Source: Tubiluchus corallicola
Lineage: Eukaryota; Animalia; Priapulida
Direction of reading: 5' to 3'
Length of the DNA: 64,000 nt
NCBI GenBank assembly: GCA_030141605.1
Contig: JAQGDQ010002367.1
Span: 682,001 to 746,000 of the forward strand
The translations under genes and the position numbers were made by a program. Each line of letters opens with the position of its first letter. Position 1 is the first letter of the stretch. The notes under the pieces are model-generated. The model saw only the letters and a program-made list of their open reading frames with translations. It made no database searches and was not told where the DNA came from. Of the stretch, positions 21,954 to 34,299 are shown piece after piece.

Positions 21954-24900
21954 CTAGGAATAAATAAGTATTGTTTATGAGCCAAATTATTCAAACAAAG
22001 AGTTTGACGTGCCACAAAAACACTTGCATTTCATGCAATGAATAACAAATCAGTAAACCTTTATGAATAACGAAGAATCTGTACAATCACATTAAAAGGG
22101 AGACAGTGCTTAAAGTTCAGAAGACGTTGCACTCATGCACCTTATCTCATGTTGAGCTATCTGAACTGATTAATGAATGATTGATTCGCTGTTCTACTTG
22201 TTAATGCAAGTTTACTAAATTTTGTCAAGTGTTTATCAAATAACTATAAAATTATTGGCACATTTAAGTTGAAGAAAATCATCTTTAAGACCAGTCTTAT
22301 ATCCAAATCAGGAATTGTCTTTGGAAATGCAATACAGAACTTCTTGTTTCAGATATTTTTTATCTAAGCCTCATCCTACCACTAAGTGGGGTCCTATTGA
22401 ACCAGTGTTAGTAGGATTAGGGTTAACACTAGAGATCTGCTTTCATATGGGGCAAGTACTGTCCCTCAAAAAGAGCAAGGGAGCCAAAAATTTATTATTT
22501 TTAAGCATATTTAACCTATGATAAAAATTCACTACTGGTTATGGATCGATCGATTTATTGTATCTATTCAAACTTGATTTTTCATTTTGCAGTTGAATAG
22601 TGAAGTATACCCTATGCACTGGGCTTAATGCTGGCACCGTTTTATGTGAAACAAAAGTACTTTTGACGGTGCTTTAACACTAATACTTAACTAAAGAATT
22701 CAAATAGCTGTTTCAAATTTCACCTCCAACTTCTTCAATTGACAATTATACTACTCCACTAAAGGTCTTTCAATTCAAACTTTTTTAAAATTGTTTAGTT
22801 GTTGTGTTTCTCTTTTTAGTCTGGTATGCTGTGCGCTTGTCAAGTAGTTCATTCAGAACTTCTGCAGATTAAATAACCTATACATTTTTGAAAAAGTAAG
22901 GGCATGTTTAATCCGAAAACTCTCATTTTTTTTAAAATTCCTAAGGCGACCATCTTCTTTCCCAAAATGTACTACATTACAGAACGACAAAAAATAACTA
23001 ATTACAGTATTATTATATTCAACTAATTTGTTGCTGCTTGGTCTATTCTTGCACTAGAATTTTAGCCCTTCAAAGGGTGCTTGTATAATAATATGTAACC
23101 CAACTGTTAGGTACTAAAAATATACATACCGCTCCTAATTTGTTACAGGATAAGTTGAGAATTTCTAATTTTTTATTGTCGATTAACATATTCAGCAAAG
23201 CGTCTCCAGCTTCATTATCAATATCATTGCTTGCAACATTCAGGGTTTTTATAGACTGGTTTTTGGTGAGTCCTACAAACATAGCTTTAGCACCTTCACT
23301 GGAAATCTTGTTTAATCTGAGGTTGAGCACTTCCAGTGTGTCATTTGATGGCAAAACATTAGCAAGTGCTTTCCCTCCTTTTGCCTTGATGCTGTTGTTT
23401 ACAAGCACCAGCTTCTTTATTTTGCTGTGGCCATCTAAAAGGTTTGCAATAAACTTCGCGCCATCATTGCGGATAATATTATGTGAAAGATCCAAATGTT
23501 CTAGAGTCGGATGGTCCATGATGCCATTCGCAAGCATCTCACAACGTTGATCATCTATCTTACTTTGATAAATGTGCAGCAGTCGCAGTGCGGAACAATT
23601 GACTAAACAGCGACTAAGATTCCTACAATCCGGCAGCGTGAATAAGAAAAGGTTCCATTGAAAATTCATGCCACAATTGCGTGCTTGGTATGTTATATGA
23701 AACTCTTTTAAATTCGGCAGCTTCGTGATGATTGGGCCAAAGTCAAAATGTTCCGTGCTTGCAGCTTCATCTTCTCCTACAATGTAATTACAAAAATGAT
23801 GAAAAGTTGCATAATTTCCTTTATTCATTTATTTATTTATTTATACCATTTATTTGTACTCATGAGGTAGAATCAATACAAAAGAAGAGCTTGAACAAAT
23901 TGGAACAGAAAATCATCACTTTTTTGAATAATACTTGAACTACTGTTCTTGTGGCTGTTCTGATTTGTAATGATTTGATCCTGGGATGTAGCATTTGAAA
24001 TATTAATGATAGCCAAGCTATATGACTTTCGAATTCAGTCATGCTTTTGTGCGTTTATAGATTGATTTCATACTATGTCTTGATACAGTACTCTGTATCA
24101 TGGTCTGTTGATTTCCCAGTGACAGACCTCTAGTGGCTTATGGTGTATTCTGAGCCTGAAAAATTGGATGGTCTTGGGTTTGAGTCCTGCAAAAAATAGA
24201 GGTGCAAAAAATTTTTGGACTTTTAATGATTTAGTTATGCTTTTGTGCATTTAAATGATTGTTGTGTTTAAAGAGAATAACTTTACAGGCAACAGAAAAA
24301 TTGTCCTTAATTAATTATACTAACTTTCTTCTGGAATGCTATCCAATTCTGATAACTCATCTAGAGTTGGGTGTGGTTCTTTAACAGGTGGCAGCACTTG
24401 CCTGATGATTAGACGCCCAATGAGATCTGGAGCTAAAACTAAAACTTCTTCCACTGGTTTCAAGTCGGTTTCTCCCGGAATGATGTTTTCGAGAAGTTGT
24501 TCCAAATGGCGCTCGAACAGCATTCGTTTCCAACTACTACCAAATGCTTTAAAGTCACAGACACTCCACCGTGCTGTACAGCATCTCTTCCAATAGGCAT
24601 CATCCTGGATCAGAGGAGCAGTGATATGCAATGGAATGTCAGTTGAAATTTGTTCCAGAAGTTTCTTTTTATGCTTTGGCAACAGCTCTTCATAAATTGG
24701 ATATTCTGCAAAAATGAAATTAAAAGTTCTCATTATACATAAAAGACTATCACAATGACACAGCAAGAGCACACCAATAAGATAAGAATCCAGTTTCATA
24801 AAAAAAACATCCTAAGTTTAGTTAAATGTGAGTTTAGGTATGTTTACATTATGTTGACGCCAGCAGTAGCTTTACATAGTTTACAGCTAATTACTTAGCT

Positions 24901-26484
24901 GTGATTTTATTACTTCATATAAATACATCCAATAAGCATCTGAAAAAGAGAGAGATTTGAAACAGATTCTCAAATATGATGATCCTAGAACTGAAGCTGT
25001 TCTGGGGTAACCTCAATCTCATAATTTTTTTAGAGACTTAATTGGTATCTGTAGTATTGAATGACAACAATAAACTTTCAGATTATCCTTTAGCAATATG
25101 CAGCCTATGGGCATAAAGTAATCTCACGTTCATGGCTACTTAAATTCACCATCTCAAGCACAACCAGTCAGTGAAAACAAAAAAAACAGCAATCATTAGC
25201 TGAATATTCACCAACATATATATATATATAAGATTCGAGGCTACAGCACTGATGACGGCACCCTTTGCAGCAATCTATATATCAAATGAAAGGTCTCGAT
25301 CCAGTACTTTACCATTGGGAGTTTATCTTTCAAATCGGAAATAGGAACTGTAACAAGCGGACTCCAGAAATGGCCCTTCCCGCCCGTATTTTGCAAAACT
25401 TATACTTCTTGTTTCTATAGAATGGGAATGGGCTGGGTGTGGAGCTGGCAATGGTTGCATAGCCTACTCAATGGAGGCAACGGAGTAGTACGCATATTTA
25501 GAATATGCGGGAGAGCCACGATTTCCCATAACGGGCGTTTTCCCAGAAGCTCTTGATTTTTTCAAAATTTTAGCCAAACAGCATGTAGAAAAAATGTTCT
25601 AGGAGCGCCTGATGGGCTCTCAGAAAGGGATACATAGCTCTTTAGAAAGAGGAGGAATGGGGTTACACGATGATGTGAGTTACATTTTAGTACGAGTCCA
25701 CCAAAAGGACATGCGACAAGTTGATTAGCAGTTCCATTTTGGGTGATTCTTGCTTAGAAGCTACAGTGACGTTTTCATTGTTTTGACGTCATTCCACTGT
25801 ACTCTGTCCATAACTTTATAACTTTAATTCAGTAAAAGCAGCTGCAAGCATTATAATAGTAGTCTATTACGATCGAAAGGAGCAGTTTGCAAACACTATG
25901 TAGAATGTCCATGCATTACTGATCATTGGTGGATGGGTCTGATAGCTTTTGTCATAGCACACAGTTTCAACTTTGTACAAAATGTTTTGCATGGTTTTGC
26001 TATGATGCTGTGCTGTTGGTGTTGATGTCGTAGGTGTCATCGCTGTTATCGTCATCATCATCATGATTGCCACGAGTTGGGTGGGTTTGGTGTGGTGTGG
26101 TGTGGTATGGTGTAGTGTGTGTGGTGAATGTGGTGAGTATAATGTGGGTCGTATTGTGTGGGTGGTGTGGTGTAGGGGACATAGTGTGGGTGATGTGGTG
26201 AGGGTGGTGCGGTGTGGTTGGTGTGGGTTGTTATTGGTTGTGCACAAAATTCTTTTGCGGGGTTTCGCTAGTTATTATTATTATTACAACTACCATACTT
26301 AATACTTACCAGCAAAATTGTCTACAATGACTTGCAAGCAAATCTGAGACAAAGTCGGGATAATCTCCAGTGACCATTCCGGGTCTTCAGCTATGATATA
26401 CCTCATTTTTCTAGGATCGGGTGCCAAGGTACCGGACTGTTTCTTATGTGTAACTGATGGCAAATGTAACATGTCCATTGTCAT
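21777..26484 (-). CDS. TCTE1: Dynein regulatory complex subunit 5 / TCTE1 (LRR protein; spliced, 4 coding exons, 459 aa)
   Basis: complement(join(21777-21953,23130-23776,24325-24705,26310-26484)) = 1380 nt, GT-AG and in phase. DRC5 signatures: DPRKMRYIIAEDPEWSL, YWKRCC..RW..CD...GSSWKRMLFERHLE, NCGMNFQWNLF, ribonuclease-inhibitor-type LRRs, DLRLT. Confidence 0.92.
23130..23776 (-). CDS. TCTE1: DRC5 coding exon 3 (LRR array)
   Basis: Within ORF 23070-23828; acceptor ttgtAG and donor GTATGT; LxxLxLxxN repeats. Confidence 0.93.
24325..24705 (-). CDS. TCTE1: DRC5 coding exon 2
   Basis: Within ORF 24320-24799; tttgcAG|EYPIYEELLP...IPEE|GTTAGT. Confidence 0.92.
25215..26271 (+). mobile_element. 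Probable non-autonomous Helitron in a DRC5 intron, carrying GT-rich simple repeats
   Basis: 5' (TA)n-AAGAT start; 3' hairpin CACAAAA-TTC-TTTTGCG followed by CTAG|T at 26268-26272. The canonical 5' TC is not evident. Confidence 0.45.
26310..26484 (-). CDS. TCTE1: DRC5 first coding exon
   Basis: MTMDMLHLP...DPRKMRYIIAEDPEWSLE...VDNFA|GTAAGT. An upstream acceptor (tgtacAG at 26508-26509) implies a non-coding first exon. Confidence 0.9.
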
Positions 26485-28327
26485 TGATTACAGCAATAAG
26501 CCTGAACCTGTACATAAAACATAAGTATTATTATACACATGCTGAGTCCACAAATTCCCTGCACAATTCAATCATAGTTAGTATATGTGTGCTTGCAAAA
26601 CAAAACCACCCATAAGTCGACATGCTTAAAAGTCGACGTTATGATGCTTCAAAGTAGAATGCATTAAAAATTTGGTCAAATGTCAATTAAAAACAACACT
26701 AAACATATTGGTCTTTTATATTCTAGCATCAAATTACAAGAAAATGTTCACCAAATACTAAAGTAAAAATCTAATTTTATAACCCCATACCCACTTTTCT
26801 GGCTAGAAACTAGTACTGCAATAATAAAAAACTGGTATTTTAAAACTCCGATAATAGCTCGTGGAAGCAGTGATTTTGCTTCGGGTTTTTCCTGCTGCCA
26901 AGCCCAGATCTTCATCAGGAAGGGTCATCTACTGGATTTAAACATAATTTCCAGATGCTCTTGTAAACTCCATAATGACCACACTTTCATACAGTTGCTA
27001 AGTGTTTTGCAGAAATGGCTAACTTTAACAGGGATTTGCAAGATGTTTTGTTTTTCATTGTGCAGCATGCAATTCAACTTCAATGTGGATTATCTGAGCA
27101 GCTTAAAAATAACATAGAGTGATGAGCTTAGTATCAAAATGATCCTCACGAAAGAGAGATTCAGGATATGTATATAACTAGAAAAGCTTAACTGTCAACT
27201 TATGAACGATTTGCTATGCAAGCACATATATTATGGAGTGAGTCATATTATAGGATGCCTATCAAACAGCTACATTGCAGGCATTTTTTACCTCAGCAAC
27301 CAAAAGCTTGATATTACCCTTAGCAAACTTCAGACAATTAACTTTTTGATATTAAAGTTTTCACAGTCAGGGATGATGTCAAATTTCCAATGTAATGCAT
27401 GTATGTTTCTTCCAACGCACTGGCCACTACTTTGCTTTACACTTACCACCAATTAACTACAGACAGCTTGAGAAAATAAATGCAAAATAGAATACAAGAA
27501 ACTCTACAGCATAAATTAAAAAAATATGTAAACATTTTTGACAGACTCTGAAGGAAAAAGAACAATTTTGTTAAATTTTTTGTATTTTATTTTGGTTTGG
27601 GAACATTCTTAGGATTTCTGTTTGACTTGTTTCGGTGTCTGTCTGAGTAATCATTTTTTCATTAATTATAGTTATACATAACATTGCTTAGTTTCTCCCA
27701 ACATCAAAAGATTTGTCAACACATGTACTGAGTGATGCATCGGTACCACAAGTGGTTTTGACTTTCAGCATAATTTACTGTAAACACGTTATTTAACATC
27801 AAACATTTTATTATATCAACCAGTATATGAATTTTATTACTATTAGTCTATGCAGTATGTGCAGAAGGAACAATCATTTACACTTTTTGATTCCTTCAAA
27901 CAGTCAGAGTCTTGAGAGATCTAGACTCTAGTCTAGAACAGTGCATACATAATTACAACGCCATAAGAGAAATCTATTATTATCGAATTTTCTTAGCTTT
28001 TATCTTGTTTTGTTAGTCTGTTTTAGGACTTGATGCTCGTTGACAAATTTCACTTTGTTATTTGGCAATAAGATATCAAAATAAAGCTTATTTATATGTT
28101 ACTCTAATTTTAGTACCTTTCGTTTGTTACCTTAGGCTTTACTAAAAATTAACTTTTACAAAAAAATTAACTTTACACAAAAAAATCTTCAATTTAGATC
28201 TTACGTCTGTTTATTATCTATATCAAGCTCTAATGCACAAAAAACTCGCCAAAGTCTGAGTTAACTATTAATGCAAATCTCTAATGTTCGAACAAGGCTC
28301 TGCAATCTGGACCAAAACGCTGTCGCT

Positions 28328-28340
28328 GTTCCCTAGCAAC
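28328..28340. promoter_or_regulatory. RFX X-box in the putative DRC5 promoter
   Basis: GTTCCCTAGCAAC has a perfect RGCAAC half-site. It lies ~125 bp upstream of a candidate minus-strand donor (C|GTAAGA at 28204). Ciliary genes are canonical RFX targets. Confidence 0.6.
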
Positions 28341-28804
28341 TCACTGCAAAAAAGTGTTCCTTGACTGGCGCAAAAGTTGTAATAAAACGCATTCACTACG
28401 CCACGTCATGACGTAGACTGCGGCTCCCCAAAATAATATAAGGTCGTTACTATTTTCACAGTTACTATTAGCACTTAGCAGATAGGTTAATGATTGCACA
28501 TAGCTTTGAATCAGGTTTTTCTCGATTTTTTGTCAAAAACTTTCTTCATTAATAAACTATAATTCATTTTCTGAAAAAAGAAAACGTTGATACCCAAACC
28601 ATGGTATGAACGTCTTAGCTTACAGATTTATCTCTGAGCACATATAGTTCGGGACACTTTAGATTTAGGTATAATCACCGTCTTAGGCCCATTTACGCCC
28701 ATTTCATAACTCTAAATTGAGCAATACGGCACGCTAAATTGCATACACGCTCCAGCGAGTGTGCTAGCCTTCCTATAACTTTCAGATGTGCACATAATGC
28801 AAAG

Positions 28805-31210
28805 TGATTCAGCATATGAAAAATTTCACGAAATGTTAAGCAATATTTACCATACTCATGTTAAAACTTCAGCTGACCAATTACTACCTAAAATAAAAAA
28901 CCTTGGGTAACTAAAGCTATGTTAAAAAGCATTCAACATAAAAACAAACTTTATCGATCTGTGCTTAAAAACAAAATCAACAAGGAACAATGTACACAGT
29001 ACAGAAATCAACTTACTAATTTGATAAAAATTTCTAAGCAAAACTATTATCAACAGAAATTACTAACTTATCAAAATAATATAAAAAAAACCTGGAATGT
29101 AATGAAGGAATTGATGCATAAATCTCGTGAATCCTTGCCTGCTTCTATAAAAGTAAATGACCATTTAACTAATGACAAAAATATAATTGCTAATGCTTTT
29201 AATGACTACTTTGTAAACATTGGCCCTTTATTATCAAACAACATTGAACCTACAAATACTGACCCAAATTCTTATCTTAAAGGAAATTACCCACATTCCT
29301 TCTTCTTTCAACCTGTAACTAAAGATGTTACTGCAAGTCATTCCACCCAAATAAAAGTACCGGTATTGATCAGCTCTCTCCCAGAATAATGCTTGATATT
29401 ATTGAATATATTGCCATACCTTTAACCCATATTATTAATTTATCACTTACCTCTGGAATTGTCCCTAATAAGCTAAAGCAGTCCATAATAGTTCCTATTC
29501 ATAAAGCTGATGATCCACACTTTATAAATAATTATAGGCCCATTTCGTTACTGCCATGTTTTTCGAAAATTATTGAGAAATGTGTGTCTTTGCAACTTAC
29601 AGATTATTTACATAAACAAGGCAGTACTACAGAAATGGCTTTAATTGATATGCTGACCAACATAATCAGAGATATTGAAGATAATAATTTATCTGTGAGT
29701 ATTTTCTGTGATCTATCAAAAGCTTTTGGCACTGTTGATCATAAAATTTTAATTAACAAATTATACCACTATGGAATAAGAGGTGTTGCGAATAATTGGT
29801 TTGTAAGTTACCTATCTGGCAGGTTACAAGCAGTAAAGTATAATAACTATATATCTAACTCAAAATTAATATCTTGTGGTGTTCCACAAGGGTCGATACT
29901 TGGCCCACTCTTGTTTCTTGTGTACATTAATGATATAAAACATTGTATTAATAATGGAAAAATCCTGCAGTTTGCTGATGACACCAGTTTAATATTTAAA
30001 TAATACAATACTGTTAATGAAGCTGAAATAAACAATGAATTGCAGCAAATATCAAACTGGTTTAGGAGTAATAAATTATCACTAAATGCTTCCAAAACTA
30101 AATTTGTAGTTTTTAGATCAAGAAACAAGAGAATGCCAAATTTGACATTACAAATTGAAAATAGTTATATTCAACAAGTAAAACAGATTAAATTCTTAGG
30201 TATTGTCATACATGAACACTTAGACTGGCAATCACATATCTCTTACATCAGACTTAAAATTGCTAAAAATATAGGCATCATTACTCACATTAAACACAGT
30301 CTTTCGAAAGAACACTTACTAATCTTGTATAATAGTCTGGTTTTACCTTATCTCAATTACTGCAGCATTATTTGGGGCCCCACATATCCATCTAAACTAA
30401 TATGCTTAAAAACGTTGCAACGAAAATTTTTAAGGTTAATGTATGGCCTAATGAAACGTAGTGAAGTACCTTTACTTCTTTACCGTGAATGTAGAATTAT
30501 GCAATTAGATGATTTAATCAAATTGAATATTGCAGTATTCATGTATAAATGCAATTATAGACTATTTCCTAAGTTTTTTGCAATTCCTGTCAAATTGACA
30601 TCTAAGAGACATAATACAAGATTTAATCAATACATTGTGCCTTTCTGTAGAACCAACATAGCTAAACATTTTATAATATATCAAGGACCAAAAGTCTGGA
30701 ATGAGATTTGTCAATCTGCAAAAAATAGCAGATCTATTACTAGATTTAAAATAATGCTAAAAAATCAAATTTTAAGTAAGTATCAGTGAGCAATTAAAAT
30801 TTCTATCTGTATCCATCCTCACAGTAGTTGCAAAACAGTGGTGTTAACTTAATCAAGTTATTTTAATTTTACATACTATTAAAAAATAATAGTCTTTCTA
30901 TCTTTTATATCATTCCATATATGAGTTTCATTCATTACATCATTCCATTTTAAGCACTAACGTTTTTTTTTATCACGATTCACTTTAAATTTTCAGATTA
31001 TCTCCATTACTTTCTTTTTCTCTATCACTGTGTGGGACAATCAAACAAGCCCTGCTTTTTGATTGCCCACAACACATTTACATTCGTGTATAAGTAAATA
31101 GTGCTTGAGGCTTTTCTGTGCAGTATTTTTTATTTGTATTATATCCATTGTAGGCCCTTTCACTGATATTGTATATGTAACCTGTAAATGTGTATGGTGA
31201 AATAAATGAC
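28805..31210 (+). mobile_element. 5'-truncated CR1/L2-group LINE (reverse transcriptase pseudogene)
   Basis: KPWVTK, NYRPISLLPCFSKIIEK, FCDLSKAFGTVDH, GVPQGSILGPLLFLVYIND, FADDT, LSLNASKT, KFLG, LYNSLVLPYLNYCSIIWG, GPKVWN. Frameshift near 29330-29389, in-frame TAA at 30001. The 3' UTR has a stem-loop (31032-31070) and AATAAA at ~31201. Confidence 0.92.
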
Positions 31211-31464
31211 TATAGTGACTTTCTAACATTGTTGACGGTTAAAAGCCCGATTTAGAACGAGCCAGTTGAAAAATTTAAATAAACTAAAACAGTAGCTATT
31301 AATGTAATGGCCCCGCTTAGTTGAAATGATGCATCTTGTCATTTTAACTTTATCTAAGTATAGAACAAATGTAATGTCCTAAACAGGTAACAGTTTAAGC
31401 ATTAGAGCGGTAAAGCCATGTATGCTGCGCTTCTGTTAGATACAATTAAAAATCACTTACTTAA

Positions 31465-31910
31465 ATAGCTCTCCACGCTATGAGACGCATAAGGTCTACC
31501 CTCTTTCTTTCCAATCCAATCCTTCCTGCCTTTGCAACTGCTTTGGCTTCTCCCATCTCATGCAACTCCTTTGTGTTCCCACTCTCTTTCTCCATGTCAT
31601 TTACGGTCTTCCCTTCGCCCTCCTGTCTTCCGCTGCCTACTTAATCTAACTTATTCGCTTCTTGTCATCTTCCATACCTCGCTTTCATGCAATTGTACCG
31701 CGACAGTCAGCCATTTCAATAGCTTCATTTTCTTTCTCGCACAAATCTTTTTTGCTCGTCAGATCTTGCCAAGTATTTAATACGCTGCCCTTGCCTTGCT
31801 TGGTCAGCTTGCTATATCCTGTGTTCATCCACCAACAACTTGGACATTGTCCGATGATTTTCACTCCCAGGTATCCTTTTCTAGGTACATCCAGCGAAAA
31901 TGTTAAAAGT
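31465..31910 (-). mobile_element. Degenerate 3' end of an RTE-like LINE
   Basis: Minus strand reads approximately RRAKGRP*MTWRK..WEK..AVAK..W..V.LCVS, the typical RTE ORF2 C-terminus; heavily decayed. Confidence 0.5.
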
Positions 31911-32113
31911 TAGTGTACTATTAAAACTGAAATTACAATTTAAACATAATTATACAGTAAACTAATTATGCGCATGCATTTCGAACCATACTAAACTAAA
32001 AGTTGAGTAAAACTAATACTAAAAAAATAAAAAAATTATTACTAAAGAAAATAAAAAACAAAAATTTGACTGAGTAAAATAAAGATTAATTATTTTGAAA
32101 AGGTTTGATAATA

Positions 32114-32420
32114 AATAAAAACACCTGCGATGATATCTGCAACATATTTAAAGGTAATATTTACATACTTACCCTAAAAAATAAAGTAAACGTTCGAAAT
32201 CAACCGATTTCACGTATTTATACTAACAAATAATGAAAACATTTCGAAAGAAACCGATTTCATTGTTAGGAAGAGCTATTGAAGATCATTTCACTTACGG
32301 ACGATGAAATCGGTTGATTTGGAAACGTTTACTTAATTTTTTAGCGTAATATGTAAATATTACCTATAAATATGGTTAAAAAGGCATTATTATCGGTGTT
32401 TTTATTCACGGTGAATAAAA
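32114..32420. repeat. Foldback / long inverted repeat (MITE-like)
   Basis: ~70-bp arms 32144-32213 and 32301-32373 are near-perfect reverse complements. Outer AATAAAAACACC / GGTGTTTTTATT and a terminal palindrome TTTTATTCAC-G-GTGAATAAAA. Confidence 0.8.
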
Positions 32421-33416
32421 TAATGTTAATGGCGTAAGAAATGCTGTACAAGATTACTTAGTTGGCGCTAACATGGAAATAGTGTGACCTGTACACCGAT
32501 CGTCTTGCAGTTGATCTAAATATCCCGCATTAATGGGGTTTTGTGGAGATGGTAAACGAATTCGATTGCTACGGGGATGTTATAGGAATCTCACAAAATT
32601 CCTCGTCGTTTGCAAATGGAAAATGAACTTGGTTGTACTTACTATTACGTACTAACTTCGATCTTAAATTCAATTAACACTAAACGAAGAGCTGGGTAAA
32701 GTTAAACTAGTCGAGATTGCGAAGCATTTAGTTACTCGCTTATTGAGTTCAACTGCCTGGGTTAGAACGGCATTTTTACCACTGTCATAAATCTGCTTTT
32801 TCAGGAGTATCTCTTTTAAAACATCAAAAAATTTTCTATTGTCACGAGTCTGTTTTCTCGTAAAAATTTAGAATAGGATAACTCCATTGTGACGCCACAA
32901 TATTAAAAACATATAAAAACTTTTATACACGAAGAACAAGTATGAAAATGACCAAAATCACGGTGAAGCCACCTTTTTATGGAGTTACTATGCAAGTAGG
33001 GTAGGGAAATCTGGGTGCTCCAATCCCCTTTCTTTTGATGGGGCCTTTTTGCTTACAAGGGTGCTCCACGAAACATCAAGATGTTACGGAATAGAGACAG
33101 ATGTTAGTCACCCCTGCTATATCAAACCATTAATCGAGCTAGTTCAGTGAACTTTGTGTGTAGTTTATTGTGTATATAGCTGCACAAAAAATTATGATGC
33201 ACAAATTAATGCAACAACGAAAAAACAATTTCAGTACTTACTTATAAAGAGCTATAAGCAGCATGAATTTTCGACTCTTTATGTATGCATTTGCATCCTA
33301 GTTGCGTTTATTTTAGTGGACTATTGTTCTTATTACATAGTAAAATTAGAGAGGGCTTTGTTTTCATAATTATTGTATATGCATCGCATTGTCATACGTT
33401 CTAAATAAAAGATTTA

Positions 33417-33497
<81 letters not shown>

Positions 33498-33527
33498 AAG
33501 TAGTAGTAATAATGATGATGATGATGA

Positions 33528-33584
<57 letters not shown>
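33417..33584. repeat. Compound (TAG)n-(GAT)n microsatellite
   Basis: Direct inspection. Confidence 0.95.
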
Positions 33585-34299
33585 AGCACACAGCAAAGCT
33601 AATAAAATTCTTTTGTGCTTGATCGAGCCACCGATGTTCGCATTAACGTAGTTATTTGTTTCTCGTGATATTTATATCAGCCAAGGTTCCTATAAAGAGA
33701 AGAAAGTGCAAAAATAAATGCTCTAACAGCACGAACGTGCTATTGCTGACGTTCTCTAAGCCTCTAACGCGGTAAAGTGGATATTTATAAACATTCACGT
33801 TTGTTTAACTGGATCCTATCAAACTTAATAAATTCTCAAGATTTCAACATCTAAAATATCGAGATGTTTCACAGCTAAAGAACGCTTGGTGTGATAAGTA
33901 TCCGAGTGAACGACAATTTCCATAATTGGCCCTGGCTTAGCTTGTTTTATTTTTACGCGTAAAAGTCAGTTATAACTGAAACTTATCAAATTTTCAACAA
34001 AGTATAATGATGCAATAGATAATACTCATAAAAAGGTAGAGGTTTCAAAAAGTTTTTGTGTTTAAATGACATCCTAGAATTCTAGGTGTTTAACTTTATG
34101 TAACGGATGAAGGGATCAAAGGTTTCCCGAAATATCAGTTAATATCGTTAACTATACTAGTAAACCTTTTTTTGATTAAGTATCTCTTTATTTTCATAAT
34201 TGTTTAATTAGTATAAAATTAAGTTACTTGTCATAATATATAGCTAATTTAGAAGTAAATTTGCGTGCAAATTCTGGTTTCAATTTTATTTCGTTGCGA

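Noticed and set aside
23070-24799. ORF-track starts and ends for the DRC5 segments
   Set aside because: They run into introns; true boundaries are set by splice sites and phase.
25867-26302. His/Thr/Pro-rich and Val/Trp/Cys-rich ORFs in the DRC5 intron
   Set aside because: Low-complexity GT-rich repeat.
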